A stretch of 64,000 bases of DNA from the human T2T-CHM13v2.0 reference genome, Homo sapiens, in NCBI RefSeq assembly GCF_009914755.1, contig NC_060947.1; one strand, given 5' to 3'. Of the stretch, positions 47,243 to 63,790 are shown in pieces. Made by a program: the position numbers and the translations under genes. The notes beneath the pieces were generated by a model. That model saw only the letters and a list, made by a program, of their open reading frames with translations, had not been told where the DNA came from and did no database searches. Position 1 is the first letter of the stretch. The number at the start of each line of letters is the position of its first letter.

Positions 47243-48284
47243 AGTCATGTCACATAAACAAAACCTCTCACAAAAATAAAACACAAACATATTTACTTTT
47301 CCTCCTCCAGGGATACACTATTCATACAACACCCAGTATACTCTTTGCAGTCCTTTGCAAAGGAGAAACAGCACTATGCTAGTGCCTTTGTGCAAAATAA
47401 AAAAGTGACCAAATCTCAAGATACTCCATTTCATCTATTGGAAATTTCTTACTACAAATTGATTGTTTTATAACAAGACACATTGTTTCTATCTGCTAGA
47501 ACATTCTTGCAAAAGATATTCAAATCAATGACATGTATTACATAAATGTTCCTCCTCCTTTAGACTTGGTGCCATCAGGTAATGCACAATCCATGAGGAT
47601 GTATTCAATGGCTGTAAATCCACAGCCACCAGTAATAATTCTCTGAATATAAGGAAAGCTCTTTTCCAGCTGAGATGCAAGGATTCAGTTCTGGGAAATT
47701 AATCCCTGGAATTTAAGCTGCCATATTCACAATAACTCCACATTCTGCTGGCAGTACCCTATAAGCATTATAGTAGTAGGCAGGGTTTCAAGCAAATTCT
47801 CAGTCACTCTATTGGAATCACCATGTGTTCACCTGAGTCCTGATGACTACGTATATCTTGTTGGTGGCAACTTCTCCCCAGGGGTGCGATATCTAAGTCC
47901 ACTGGCTTTTCCCATTTCCTAGTGGAGTTCCCTGGTGGCATTAACTTGCTCAAAGGGCATCCTAAATGGATTATGTTCTAGGGACAGAGGCTGACTGGTT
48001 CCCCTCTCAGGTGTGTCATGAATAACAATTTTCAGATAACAGCTGGAAAACTGTTTCCTTTTGTAGCTTTGACACCTGCAAATGTGCTAAGCTTTCTTTC
48101 TTTTTTTTTCCGATAGTTTAATATTGCTTTTTGTTCTCTGCTCTTCTAGTCCCAACTGAAATAGCTCATTGGCCCAGAGCCCCAGGTTGCAGCCATCAGT
48201 GGCACAGTCTGTGGTCTGCCACAGTCCCAAGCTTTCAGCCATATCTCTACAGTTCCATACCCAACACTTAGAAAATCTTAAATG

Positions 48285-48610
48285 GGCCGGGTGAGGTGGC
48301 TCACGCCTGTAATCACAGCACTTTGGGAGACTGAGGAGGGTGAATCATGAGGTCAAGAGATCGAGACCATCCTGGCCAACATGGTGAAACCCCGTCTCTA
48401 ATAAAAATACGAAAATTAGCTGGGCGTGGTAGCACGCACCTGTAGTCCCAGCTACTCGGGAGGCTAAGGCAGGAGAATTGCTTGAACCTGGCAAGAACCT
48501 AGCAAGAACCCAGGCAGAGGTTGTAGTGAGCTGAGATCACACCACTGTACTCCAGCCTGGAGACAGAGTGAGACTCCGTCTCAAAAAAAAAAAAAGAAAA
48601 GAAAAGAAAA
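48285..48610 (+). mobile_element. AluSc with an internal 11-bp tandem duplication
   Basis: gaggtcaagagatcgagaccatcctggcc; gaacctggcaa-gaacctagcaa-gaacc; TSD aaaatcttaaatg. Confidence 0.95.
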
Positions 48611-49768
48611 AAAAATCTTAAATGGTTCTCTCTCTCTCTCTGTCTCTCTCTTTCTCTGTATATAGGTAGGTATCACTGAGAAAGTATCAACATCCTTGTT
48701 TCCTAGCAAGTTTTATTTTTTTTTAACACTGACATTAGAGTCAACAAATTCCAACTAGCCTAATACTTGTCGGCACAGAGATAAGTGTGGTATCATCAAA
48801 GTATGACTGGAAAGAGATCTACACATATATGTATTACTTACCTGTCATTCGATCTTATCTGTCATAAGGGAGGAAATCTCATTTGAAAATAAAGTATGGA
48901 GTGTCACTATCAGATAACTATATTTTGAACAAAGTTATAATTTTTCCTCTTCTCTCTTTGTCTCAATTTAGTCTAGCCTCTAAGGCCCTAAATCCAAAAT
49001 TAACAATTAAAAAGAGATTTAGCAAGATAATAAAATGTTAAATCAAGAGTACTATTTCAGGAGTCTATTTGGTTTCTCACACACCTCTCATCACCTGGTT
49101 TTAAAGGGATTGAGGAATCAAAAAGGCTTGGCTCCTTTGAGATAGACTTCTATTTCTTTTTGGCACCCCAGCCTTGACTTTGTAATTCACAGAATAATTA
49201 AATATTTTGCAACACTAAAATTGTTTTTTTCAAACTTAAAATAATAGCCAATTGAACCTCTGAGGATAGTTTTAATTCTCTAAAATCTTGAGGGCTAACA
49301 GATGAAATGGGTATGTGGGTTTGATATGCCCCTTATTATAACAAAATATACAACCTATATATTTCATAATTGACTCTTGTCAAGGGACAACTTTATTTCT
49401 TCTTCGAGTCTCTTAAAGATTCTCTGCTAATCTTCCTGTAAAGTCTTGCAAATTGTAATTATGTTTCCTAAGTAAACAAGGACAGATGATAGTTGACCCT
49501 TCTTGTCAGCCATAGGGATTTGGGAGTCGTTTTTCCAAATTTCAACACTAAAGCGTATGGATTCTAATCGAAGCAGTCCAGATAAGAACTGTAAGAATTT
49601 TTCCACAGTGCCACTGTGGAACAAGCACAGCAGGTTCTTATAAAAACACTTCTGACTGTGCAATCATTCTAAACTTTCCCAGAAAACCTCAAAGATCTTA
49701 AAATTCTATCTTATAGTGGTTCAACATGAGAACATCCCACATCTCATTCAATACTAAAATTCATTTTA

Positions 49769-50096
<328 letters not shown>

Positions 50097-50183
50097 TGAG
50101 ATTCTTCTTCAAGTTCTCCTCTCATTTCTTAGACATCAATGATATCCTAAAATAAAATCCTCTTCCAGTATATAAAAGCAAGA

Positions 50184-50487
50184 CACTGGGCACAGTGGCT
50201 CATGAATGTAAGCTCAGCACTTTGGGAGTCCTTGGTAGGAGAATTGTTTGACTCCGGGAATTCAAGACCAGCCTTGGCAACATAATGAGATCCCGTCTCT
50301 ACAAAATAAATTTAAAAAATAAAAGAAAGTTACTGGGTGTGGTGGTACATGCCTGTAGTCCCAGCTACTTGAGAGGCTGGGTAAGAGGATCACTTAAGCC
50401 CAAGAGTGGGAGGCCGCAGTGAAGTGTGATTGCCCCACTGCACTCTAGGCTGGGTGACACAACAAAACTTTCCTTTTTCTTTCTTTC

Positions 50488-50558
<71 letters not shown>

Positions 50559-50730
50559 CTCTCTCTTTCCTTTCCTTTCCCTTCCTTCCTTCCTTCCTTC
50601 CTTCCTTCCTTCTCTCTCTCTCTCTTTCTTTCTTTTCTTTCTTTCCTCCGAAAGTGCTGGGATTACAGGCGTGAGCCACCACGCCCGGTCACAAGACATT
50701 CTACATAATAATAATAATAATTATTATAAT
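50184..50730 (+). mobile_element. AluJ interrupted near its 3' end by an antisense Alu remnant (50469-50690)
   Basis: AluJ dimer, then a (CTTT)/(CCTT)n tract and 46 nt of antisense Alu 5' end, then the host end and (TAA)n tail. Confidence 0.85.
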
Positions 50731-51014
50731 TAAAATAAAAATAAAAGGAAGACACAAAGGATGGTAGCATTTGGTGCTTTTCTGCCTCTAACTTCTGACA
50801 GGCTACAAATGTGAATTCTCAATTAATGGCAACAAGAAAAACATTCATTCTCTTTTTGTGTGCTCCTTATAGTACAAGGCAATACTTTAAAGAAACTTAT
50901 CAAGACAATTGCCACTTAAATCTCCTAGATCCAGGATAAAACATTAGATAACTTTTCCTTTTTTGACTATATCCATTCTTCAGCAAGTTTTAGATGGTTT
51001 AAAATTGGATTATA

Positions 51015-53163
51015 TAGTTTGAAGTCAGGTAATGTGATGCCTCCACATTTGTTCTTTTTGCTTAGTCTTGCTTTGGCTATGTGGGCTCTTTTTTTGTTCC
51101 ATATGATTGTTAGGATTGTTTTTCTAGTTTAATGAAGAATGATGATGGTATTTTGATGGGTATTTCAGTGAAATTATAGATTGCTTTTGGCAGTATGGTC
51201 ATTTTCACAATATTAATTCTACCCATCCACGAGCATGGGATGTGTTTCCATTTGTGTCATCTATGATTTCTTTGAGCAGTGTTTTGTAATTTTCCTTGTA
51301 GAGATCTTTCACTTCTTTGGTTAGGTATATTCCTAAGTTTTTTGTTTTGTTTTGTTTTGTTTTTTCTTTTGCAGCTGTTGTAAAAAGGGTTGAGATCTTG
51401 ATTTGATTCTTAGCTTGGTTGCTGTTGGTGTATAGCAGAGCTACTGATTTGTACACATTGATTTTCTATCCTGAAACGTTACTGAATTCATTTATCAGAT
51501 CTAGGTGCTTTCTGGATGAGTCTTTAGGATTTTCTAGGTATATGACCATATCATCGGCGTACAGCAACAGTTTGACTTTCTGTTTACCAATTTGGATCTC
51601 CTTTATTGCTTTCTCTTGTCTGATTGCTCTGACTAGGACTTCCAGTACTATGTTGAATAGAAGTGGTGAAAGTGGGCATCTTTGTCTTGTTCCAGTTCTC
51701 TGGGGAAATGCTTTCAACATTTCCCCATTCAGTATAATATTGGCTGTGGGTTTGTCATAGATGGCTTTTATTACCTTAAGGTATGTCCCCTCTAGGCCAA
51801 TTTTGCTTATGGTTTTAATCATAAAGGGATACTGGCTTTTGTCAAATGCTTTTTCTATATATTTATTGAGATGATCATATGATTTTTGTTTTTAATTCTG
51901 TTAATGTGCCGTAGCACATTTATTGACTTGTGTATGTTAAACCAACCCTGCATCTCTGGTATGAAACCCACTTGATCATGATGTATTATCTTTTTGATAT
52001 GCTGTTGGATTCAGTTAGCTAGTATTTTGTTTAGGATTTTTGCATCTATGCTCATCAGGGATATTGGTTTGTAGTTTTCTTTTTTTGTTATGTCCTTTAC
52101 TGGTTTTGGTATTAGGGTAATACTGGCTTCATAGGCTGTAGTTACCAAAACAGCATGGTACTGGTGTAAAAACAGGCATGTAGACCAATGGAACAGAAAA
52201 GAGAACCCAGAAATAAAGCCAAATACTTACAGCCAACTGACCTTTGACAAAACAAACAAAAACATAAAGTGATGGAAAGGACACCTTATTCAACAAATGG
52301 TGCTGGGATAATTGGCAAGCCACATGTAGAAGAATGAAACTGGATCCTCATTTCTCACCTTATACAAAAATCAACTCAAGATGAATGAAATACTTAAATC
52401 TAAGACCTGAAACCATAAAAATTCTAGAAGGCAACATTGGAAAAACTCTTCTAGACATTGGCTTAGGCAAATAATTTATGACCAAGAACCCAAAAGCAAA
52501 TGCAACAAAAATAAACATAAATACATGGGACTTAAACTAAAAAGCTTCTGCACGGCAAAAATAAATAATCAGCACAGCAAACAGAAAACCCACAGAGTGG
52601 GAGAATATTTTCACAAACTATGCATCTGACCAGGGACTAATATCCAGGATCTACAAGGAACTCAAACAAATCAGCAAGAAAAAAAAAACAAATAATCCCA
52701 TCAAAAAGTCAACTATGGACGTGAATAGACAATTCTCAAAAGAAGATATACAAATGGTGAACAAACACATGAAAAAATGCCCAACATCACTAATTATTAG
52801 GGAAATTCAAATCAAAACCACAATGCGATACCACCTTACTCCTGCAAGAAGGGCCATAATTTAAAAAATCAAAAAATAATAGATGTTGGCAGAGATATGG
52901 TGAAAAGGGAACACTTTTACACTTCTGGTGGAAAAGTAAACTAGTACAACCACTAAGGAAAACAGTATGGAGATTACTTAAAGAACTAAAAGAGAACTAC
53001 CATTTGATCCAGCAATCCTACTACTGAGTAACTACCCAGGGGAAAAGAAGTCACTTCATGAAAAAGGCACTGGAACACACATGTTTATAGCAGCACAATT
53101 TGCAATTGCAAAAATATGGAACCAGCCTAAATGCCTATCAACCAACAAGTGGATAAAGAAAAT

Positions 53164-53215
<52 letters not shown>

Positions 53216-53606
53216 CACACACCATGGAATGCTACTTAGCCATAAAAGGGAACAAAATAATGGCATTCACAGCAACCTGGATGGAGCTGGAGACCATTAC
53301 TCTAAGTGAAGTAACTCAGGAATGGAAAACCAAACATTGTTTGTTCTCACTTATAAGTGGGAGCTAAGCTATGAGGATGCAAAGGCATAAGAATGATATC
53401 ATGGGCTGTGGGGACATGGAAGGAAGGGTGGGAGGCAGATGAGGGATAAGACTACACATTGGGTACAGTGTACACTACTTGGGTGATGGGTGCACCAAAA
53501 TCTCAGAAATCACGCCTAAGGAACTTATCCATGTAATGAAACATCACTTCTTCCAAAAAAAAACTATTGAAATAATAATAATTTTTTAAATAAAAAATAA
53601 CAAAAT
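51015..53606. mobile_element. L1PB1/2-like element with twin-priming inversion (antisense 51015-52133, sense 52134-53606)
   Basis: ORF2 RT motifs on the minus strand ([25 protein letters not shown]); sense 3'UTR gagctaagctatgaggatgcaaaggcataag; TSD aaaattgg(a/g)ttata at 51001-51014 and 53607-53620. Confidence 0.95.
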
Positions 53607-55470
53607 AAAATTGGGTTATACCTGACATAAAATAACACTAAAATTATAATGAATTCTGTCCCACTATCAAGTATAATTATCCCCAGATCTTTTCTACCTG
53701 TGTTTTCACCTCTAATTTGAGCATCACGTGGGCATTGAGTCAAGGATGGTATAAATTTCCTAATTTCCATTGATGTTCTTTATTTAAGGCTTATAACTAA
53801 AACAACTTAATTTTCTTATGTTAAATTTTATTTTGCCCACACTCTATTGTTTTTATTTCCATTATAAAAGCAATATGCTTTCAAATATAAAATGTTAATA
53901 CTAATTACTATATGCCAGACAAAGGCTAAGTTCTGAACACCTTTATGAGGTAGATGAAATGAATATACCTGTCTCATAGATGATTAAACTGAGACACAGG
54001 GATTATGGGAAGAATGCTCCTCACAGAGAAAGATTAAGTGTTGTTGTGCTTAGGGACACATAATCTGGACTCGGATTGTGTGTATTAAAATGCTAGCATC
54101 ATCATTTATTGGTTGAGCACTATAAGTAAGTTTCCCTTCATTCTCCCCTCAGTATCTTCATGGTTATAAAATACAGGATTCATCTGAATAAAATTAACAT
54201 TCCATATTATCAGACCCCCATTATAGACACATAAACATATACACACATATATAAGCACTTTTGTTTCAGTTCATATATATGCCTAAAGCAGCAATGGTTA
54301 CATTAAGGTAAAAATAAAGTATCATTTCTGAGTACTAGGACCCAGAAAGCACTGTTATATTTTTATATGTCTAATTCAAATATTTCAGAGATATCTCATG
54401 CTTTTCGAGTTTATAAACACAAGTCAGCATCTTATTACATATTTTTCAGTCAATCTAACTTGGCGACATGACTTTTTCAAGTTTTGGCACATTGACTAAG
54501 ATTCTTCCTATTTATTTAACAAAAATGTATGTGTGAACTTCATGGAAGGGATTTTTGGAAAATGCAAAGATAGATAAGATATGGATCTTGCTCACTAGTG
54601 GTTTATAATCCATTCATATAAACTTAAATCAAAATGGAAGTGATGGCTTTAATTCAAGTAGAGATTGATAGACAAATGATAACTCTCATTAAAGTAGGCA
54701 CAGATAAATTACCAGAAACGGGCAGAGAAAGGAGGAGATTATTTATTTATGTGACAGTCAGATAAGGATTGCATCATCTAAGAATTAATATGTGCATGTC
54801 CCCCATTTTTAATACACTCGACGTTTTCATATCAATTATTTTGAAATATTTTTGCCAATTTCTAGGCAAGAACTTTAAATACTCTATTAAATAATTCAAA
54901 ATTGCAATCCATATGATTCTCAACTAGTTTGGTAGGAGATTTTCTTTTTGTAAAACCATTCAGGCAATCATTTATTACATTTTATATAGTCTAATGAAAT
55001 ATTTATCTTAAAAAATAAGGAGTGTCTCATTATTTCACTCTCATTTTATTCAACAGTAAAAGCATACTTGAATTCATATACCCGTCCTGGAAGTTTCTTG
55101 GAAGCAAAGATATAAACCATGAGTTAATTGTGTTTTTAATCCACAATGATTCAATGAGCTCTTACTATGTGTTAGGTACTCTTCTTGATAATGAAGATAG
55201 AACACTGAACAAAAGAAAAGTGTCTCTGATCTTACAGAGCTTTCATTGTAGTGGGGAAGTGGACAATATATAAAACAAACAACCATAAGTAAATATATCT
55301 ATGTTGAGTTTGCAGATGCTGAAGGCCACAAAGGAATACAACAGCATAAGGGGATAGAGAGAATAACATGAGACACTAGTTTATGAAGCGTGGTCATGGA
55401 AGACAGCTATGAGGAAGTGACAGAACGTTCCTGGCAATGGAAGCAGCATGTTTTGAAATCTTCTAGTGGA

Positions 55471-55771
<301 letters not shown>

Positions 55772-55878
55772 TTAGTGGAGATGTTCTTGGATTCTTTCAG
55801 AAACAGCAAAGAAACCTGTAATTCTAGAGCTATACAGTTTAGAAACAAGCAGGAGATGACATAAAAAGGTAGGATATT

Positions 55879-57126
<1,248 letters not shown>

Positions 57127-57164
57127 ATAGAATGTGGTGAATAATTATGGAAGCAGGGACCCTC

Positions 57165-58060
57165 ACAATATAGAGAAAAATCAATTCAAAATGGATGATA
57201 GACTTAAATTTGAGCTAAATCTCTATAACTTTTAGAAGAAATAAAGGATATTTTTAGACCTTGTACAAAGATTTCTTAGACATAACACCAAAAGGATGGC
57301 TTTAAAATGTTGATAAATTGGACCTCATTAAGATTCAAAAGACTTTCTAGTACTTCTAAAGACATCATTAAAAAAATGAAAAGACATACAATAAACTGGA
57401 AGAAAATATTTGCAAATGTACATCAAATATAGGATTTGTGTACTGAATTCATAAAAAAATATCTAACACCTCAATGGTAAGAAGACAATCTAATCAAAAC
57501 ATAGGCAAAATATATGAATATTTCACCCAATAAGATATATATTACTGGCTAATAAGCACATGAAAAGATATTAAACATTATTAGTCATTAGGAAGACACA
57601 AATTAAAACCACAATGAGATACCATTTCACACACACTAGAATGACTAGTCTGGATTGGAGTGGGGAAGCGGACAATACATTCACTTCTTAGTATGGATAA
57701 GAAAGGATATAGAGGGCCGGGCACGGTGGCTCACACCTGTAATCACAGCACTTTGCGAGGCTGAGGCGAGTGGATTGCCTGAGCGCAGGAGTTTGATACC
57801 AGCCTGGGCAACACGGTGAAACCCTGTACCTACCAAAAAATACAAAAATTAACCGGGCGTGGTGGGGCATGCCTGTAGCCTCAGGTACTCAGGAGGCCGA
57901 GGCAGGAGAATCACTTGAACCCGGGAGGCGGAGGTTGCAGTGAGCCAAGATCGTGCCACTGCCCTCCAGACTGGTCGACAGAGCAAGACTCCATCAAAAA
58001 AAAAAAAAGAACCAAAGAAAAAATAGAGAAAAAGAAAGAAAGAAAGAGAGAGAGAGAAAG

Positions 58061-58091
<31 letters not shown>

Positions 58092-58810
58092 GAAAGAAAG
58101 AAAGACAGAAAGAAAGAAAGAGAAAGAAAGAAAAAGAAAGAGAGAGAGAGGGAGGGAGGGAGGAAGGAAGGAAAGAAAGAAAGAAAGAAAAAGAAAGAAA
58201 GAAGAAAGAAAGAAAGCGGAAAGAAAATAGAGAAAGATCACTGGTGGAAATGTAAAATGGTGCAGCCACTTTGGAGAAGAGTTTGACCGTTTCTCAAAAA
58301 GTAAAAGATGCAACTACCACATGACCCAGCAACTCTGCTTGGACTTGCATGTCCAAGTTCATAGCAGAATTACTTATAATAGTCCCAAACTGGAAACAAC
58401 TGAGGTGTTTAATTTTTAAATGGATCGACCAAATGTAGTATGCCAATGCAATGGAATACTCTACAGCAATAGAAAGGAAAAAATACTTACACATATAATT
58501 TCAGCAGTGACCCTCAAAAATATACTAAGCAAATGAAGCCAGATGCAAATGAATACATATTGTACAATTCCCGTTTATAAGAAATGTCCAGAGACAGAAA
58601 GTAGACTAGTAGTTGCCTTGGCTGGGGGTAGAAACAGGGAGAATAAAGAAGAAGGAACATGAAAAACATTGAGAGAATGAAAAAGTTCTCAGATTGATGT
58701 ATCATTATGGTTGCACCACTCAGTAAGGTTAATAAAATCATTGAATTGTACACTTAACATTTTATGAATTTTATGATATGTACAATTAATTCAATAAAGT
58801 TGTTTTTAAA
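57165..58810 (+). mobile_element. L1MB7/8-like ORF2 end and 3'UTR
   Basis: aattaaaaccacaatgagataccatttcac...cattgaattgtacacttaa...caataaagttgttttt. Confidence 0.85.
57715..58236 (+). mobile_element. AluS with a ~240-bp polypurine (GAAA/GA/GGAA) tail
   Basis: Full dimer followed by a long purine tract. Confidence 0.93.
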
Positions 58811-59229
58811 ATGTGAAAGCAGGTAGACTAATTAGGAGGTACTATTTATAGTCAAAGGAAGAGATGATAGTGGCTTTGTGCAGTGAAGGGAGCATGTGTT
58901 CAAATCTCTGGTATATTTTAAAGTTAAAATCAACACAATTTTCTCCTGGATGTGCTGTAAAATGTGAGTGAGAGAGGAGTAAAAAAATCATTCCATGTTT
59001 TTTTGCACTAAAACAGCTGGTGGAATGGAGGTGTCATTTACTCTGATGGCAAGTCATATGGGTTAGGTTTGGTCAGTGGTAAATCAAAAGTTTGGTTTTA
59101 GACATGTTCAGATTGAAATACCTGTTAGTCAAGTGATGTCAGCTACACAATTGGAGTTTAGGGAAGAAATCAAGGATGTAAGGGCTAAAATGTAGTCATT
59201 GGTGCATAGTTTTTTCCTGTTTCTGAGTA

Positions 59230-60874
<1,645 letters not shown>

Positions 60875-61615
60875 TTGTAAATTAGTACAGCCATTACGGA
60901 AAACTGTGGAGCCGCCTCAAAAAACTAAAAATAGAGCTACCTTATTATCCAGCAATCTTACTAATGGAATTTATTCAAAGGAAAGGAAAACAGTATATCA
61001 ATGGGATACCTGCAACGCCATGTTCATTGCAGCACTATTCACAATAGCAAAGATATGGATCAACCTAAGTATTCATCAACAGATGAATGGATAAAGAAAA
61101 TATGATACATATCCACAATGGAATGCTATTCAGACATAAAAAGAATGAAATCATGTCATTTGTAGCAACACAGATGAAACTGGAGGTCATTATGTTAAGT
61201 GACATAAGTCAGGCACAGAAAGACAAATTTCGCATATTCTCACTCACATGTGGGAGTTTAAAAGGTTGATCTCATGAAGATTACAGAGTAGAATGATAGT
61301 TACCAGAGGCTAAGAAGGGTGTGTGGGTGTGGAGAGGGGGATGAAGAGAAGTTGGTTAGTTGGTACAAACATGCAATTACACAGAATGAGTAAGTTCTAA
61401 TGTTTGATAGCAAAGTAGAGTGACTAGTTAGCAATGTATTGTATATTTCAAAATAGCTAGTAGGTAGGACTTGAAATGTTCCCAACACATAGAAATGATA
61501 ATACATATGGTAATGGATACCCTAAATACCCTGAGTTAATCATTACACATTCTATGAATGTAACAAAATGTCACATGTGTCCCATATATATGTACAGATA
61601 TTATCAATAAAAAAA
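60875..61615 (+). mobile_element. L1MA3/4-like 3' end
   Basis: [13 protein letters not shown]; ggacttgaaatgttcccaacacatagaaatgat...tcaataaaaaa. Confidence 0.9.
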
Positions 61616-63394
61616 TTCCAAACTGACATATGATAAAAGGAATAGGAAGATTTACTCTGTTCTGAATCAATTTCCTATTATCTTATTTTTTACAACCTTC
61701 CAACTCTGAGAATAAAATACTACCCACACCTTATTTCTATTTTTGAACTGTATTAAATTTTTAATGCTTTAGCATTTATCTCACCTTAAAATTACCTGGA
61801 ATTGGGCATTATTAAAATGAGCCTGAAAATAAGGATTCTTGCTATTTTTATCTATCCATAAAAAGGTAGGTCTTCATTTAAAATTCTACATATAGTTAGA
61901 ATACATAAACTGATGATACAGTCATATACATTTTTGGAGACTACAAAAATTCCATTTCAAAGAATAATGCAAAGAGAAACTATTTAAAGCAATCATGTAA
62001 ATATATATTTAGAGATATGCAAGAACAAAATTATGAAACATCAGCATCTCACTATAAACTAGTCTTTTCCACTAGTATAATAGTCAATCATTCTGAAATA
62101 TTGATATCTCAAATTAGTGTAATTCTAAAACAAGGTATTCAAAGCCAAAGTGAATATCAGTGCACATTATAAATCTTTCATTACATAGATTTTAACATTT
62201 AATATGTTTAAAACAGTAATAAAACATGCATATACTTATTCATAGGGTATCTAAACGTGTATACATTATACTAAATATAAATAGCATGTCTCTGGAGAAT
62301 TTTAGTCTTGTCCATAAAAACAGCTGCCAGAAACCTCCACTGAACCAGAAATTGAAAAGGAAATATAGCATTAGGATTAGTACATCTGGTTAGTTCACTT
62401 TTGCCACTAATGATCACAAAATCTAAGCTAATGGAATAAAGATCTCTGAATCCCAAAGTAATTTCTAACTAGAATGATGGAAATGCTTTTATGAATATAT
62501 GTTTGGAAAGCCACTGAAATTAATAATGACAATGAATTTTAAAATTAATATTGAAGCAAAGTTCTTCTGAACTTGTGATTTCCTTCGCTGTCACAAAATT
62601 AATTGTGCACATTACTCCTCAAATACTCACTATACTGATTCTATAAAGGTATCTTCTGTGGTGTGAAAAACTCAGGCAGGCTAATGTGATGGTTTTGTCA
62701 ATACTTCCACAAGTGGTGTCAGTGACTCATCTTTGAACTGTGTGATGGCATAAGCATCAGTAAGGTAGGCATCTATCATTCCCAAATCCATATATGCTGC
62801 AGAGTAAGTCCACCGAGAGGGCCCTGCATAGAGAACTGATGATAGCTGGCCTCCCAAGCAGCTGCCATTTATTTAGGGAACATAAGCTGAGTGGGCAGAA
62901 GAACCCTCTTAAGAAGTTACTGAAGCATGGCATTCAGATTAGGTAGCATAGTTGTGGACTCCTGGGAGCAGAAGTGGCAGAGCAGATAGCTCTTTTCTAT
63001 CCTAGTTGTCAGGCAGACAGTGAGCAGAAGCAGCAGGGTGACAGACCGCCACTTCAGTTACTAGCAGAAGGCTACATATCATTAAGGACTTTGAAATATA
63101 AAAATTACTGTACCGAAACGTACAGCTCTATAGTCAAGAGAGATCCTTCCCAGAGACCCAAATCAAGACATCTGGCAATCTTTCTTCACAAATGAGACTT
63201 TCTATTAGAAAATGGGATTCAAGGATTTAGCTCAGAAAAAGGACTTATTACACAATTACTAACAAACTTTACAAGCTCTAGATATGAGAAAAGCCCATTA
63301 GGTTGTCACTTTTCTCCACCCCCAGAATTATTCTATATGCTACAAAAGATGTTTTAACCAAAAAAAAGTATAATTTATAGTTAGAAAAGTTCAG

Positions 63395-63775
63395 AATCAT
63401 CCTTGTAAATTTGCATAAATTTATCACTGAGCCTCAATTTTCTCCTCTTTAAAATGGGAATAATAATTTTTCTTTTTATTATTTTTAGCATTAACAATGT
63501 TTTAAATGTGCCTGGAATATTGTAGGTATTAAATGCATGGGAGTTGTAATTAGTACTCATTAGGAAAAAAAATACCCTTTACATTTGGAAAGCATTTTCT
63601 TTATTCCAAAATGCTCTCACACATTAGCTTGTGAAGTAGGTAGAACATTCTTATTTACACATTCATTTTACAAATGAAGGACATAGGTTTCAGCAACAGT
63701 GACTTGCACTAGCTTATTAGTGGTAGAGATTGCACTGAAAATCAAGTCTTCTAACTTCATTTCCACTGTTCTTTG
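63395..63775. mobile_element. Two MIRs in opposite orientation
   Basis: ctgagcctcaattttctcctctttaaaatgggaataata (+) and cattttacaaatgaaggacat...gtgacttgc (-). Confidence 0.7.
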
Positions 63776-63790
63776 ACTTGTAAAAATTTA

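Noticed and set aside
46497-47382. Many overlapping 60-150 aa ORFs
   Set aside because: Translation artefacts of a low-complexity repeat that is poor in stop codons.
51205-51822. RT ORF with a YADD motif
   Set aside because: Part of the inverted L1PB, frameshifted and truncated; not a novel retroelement.
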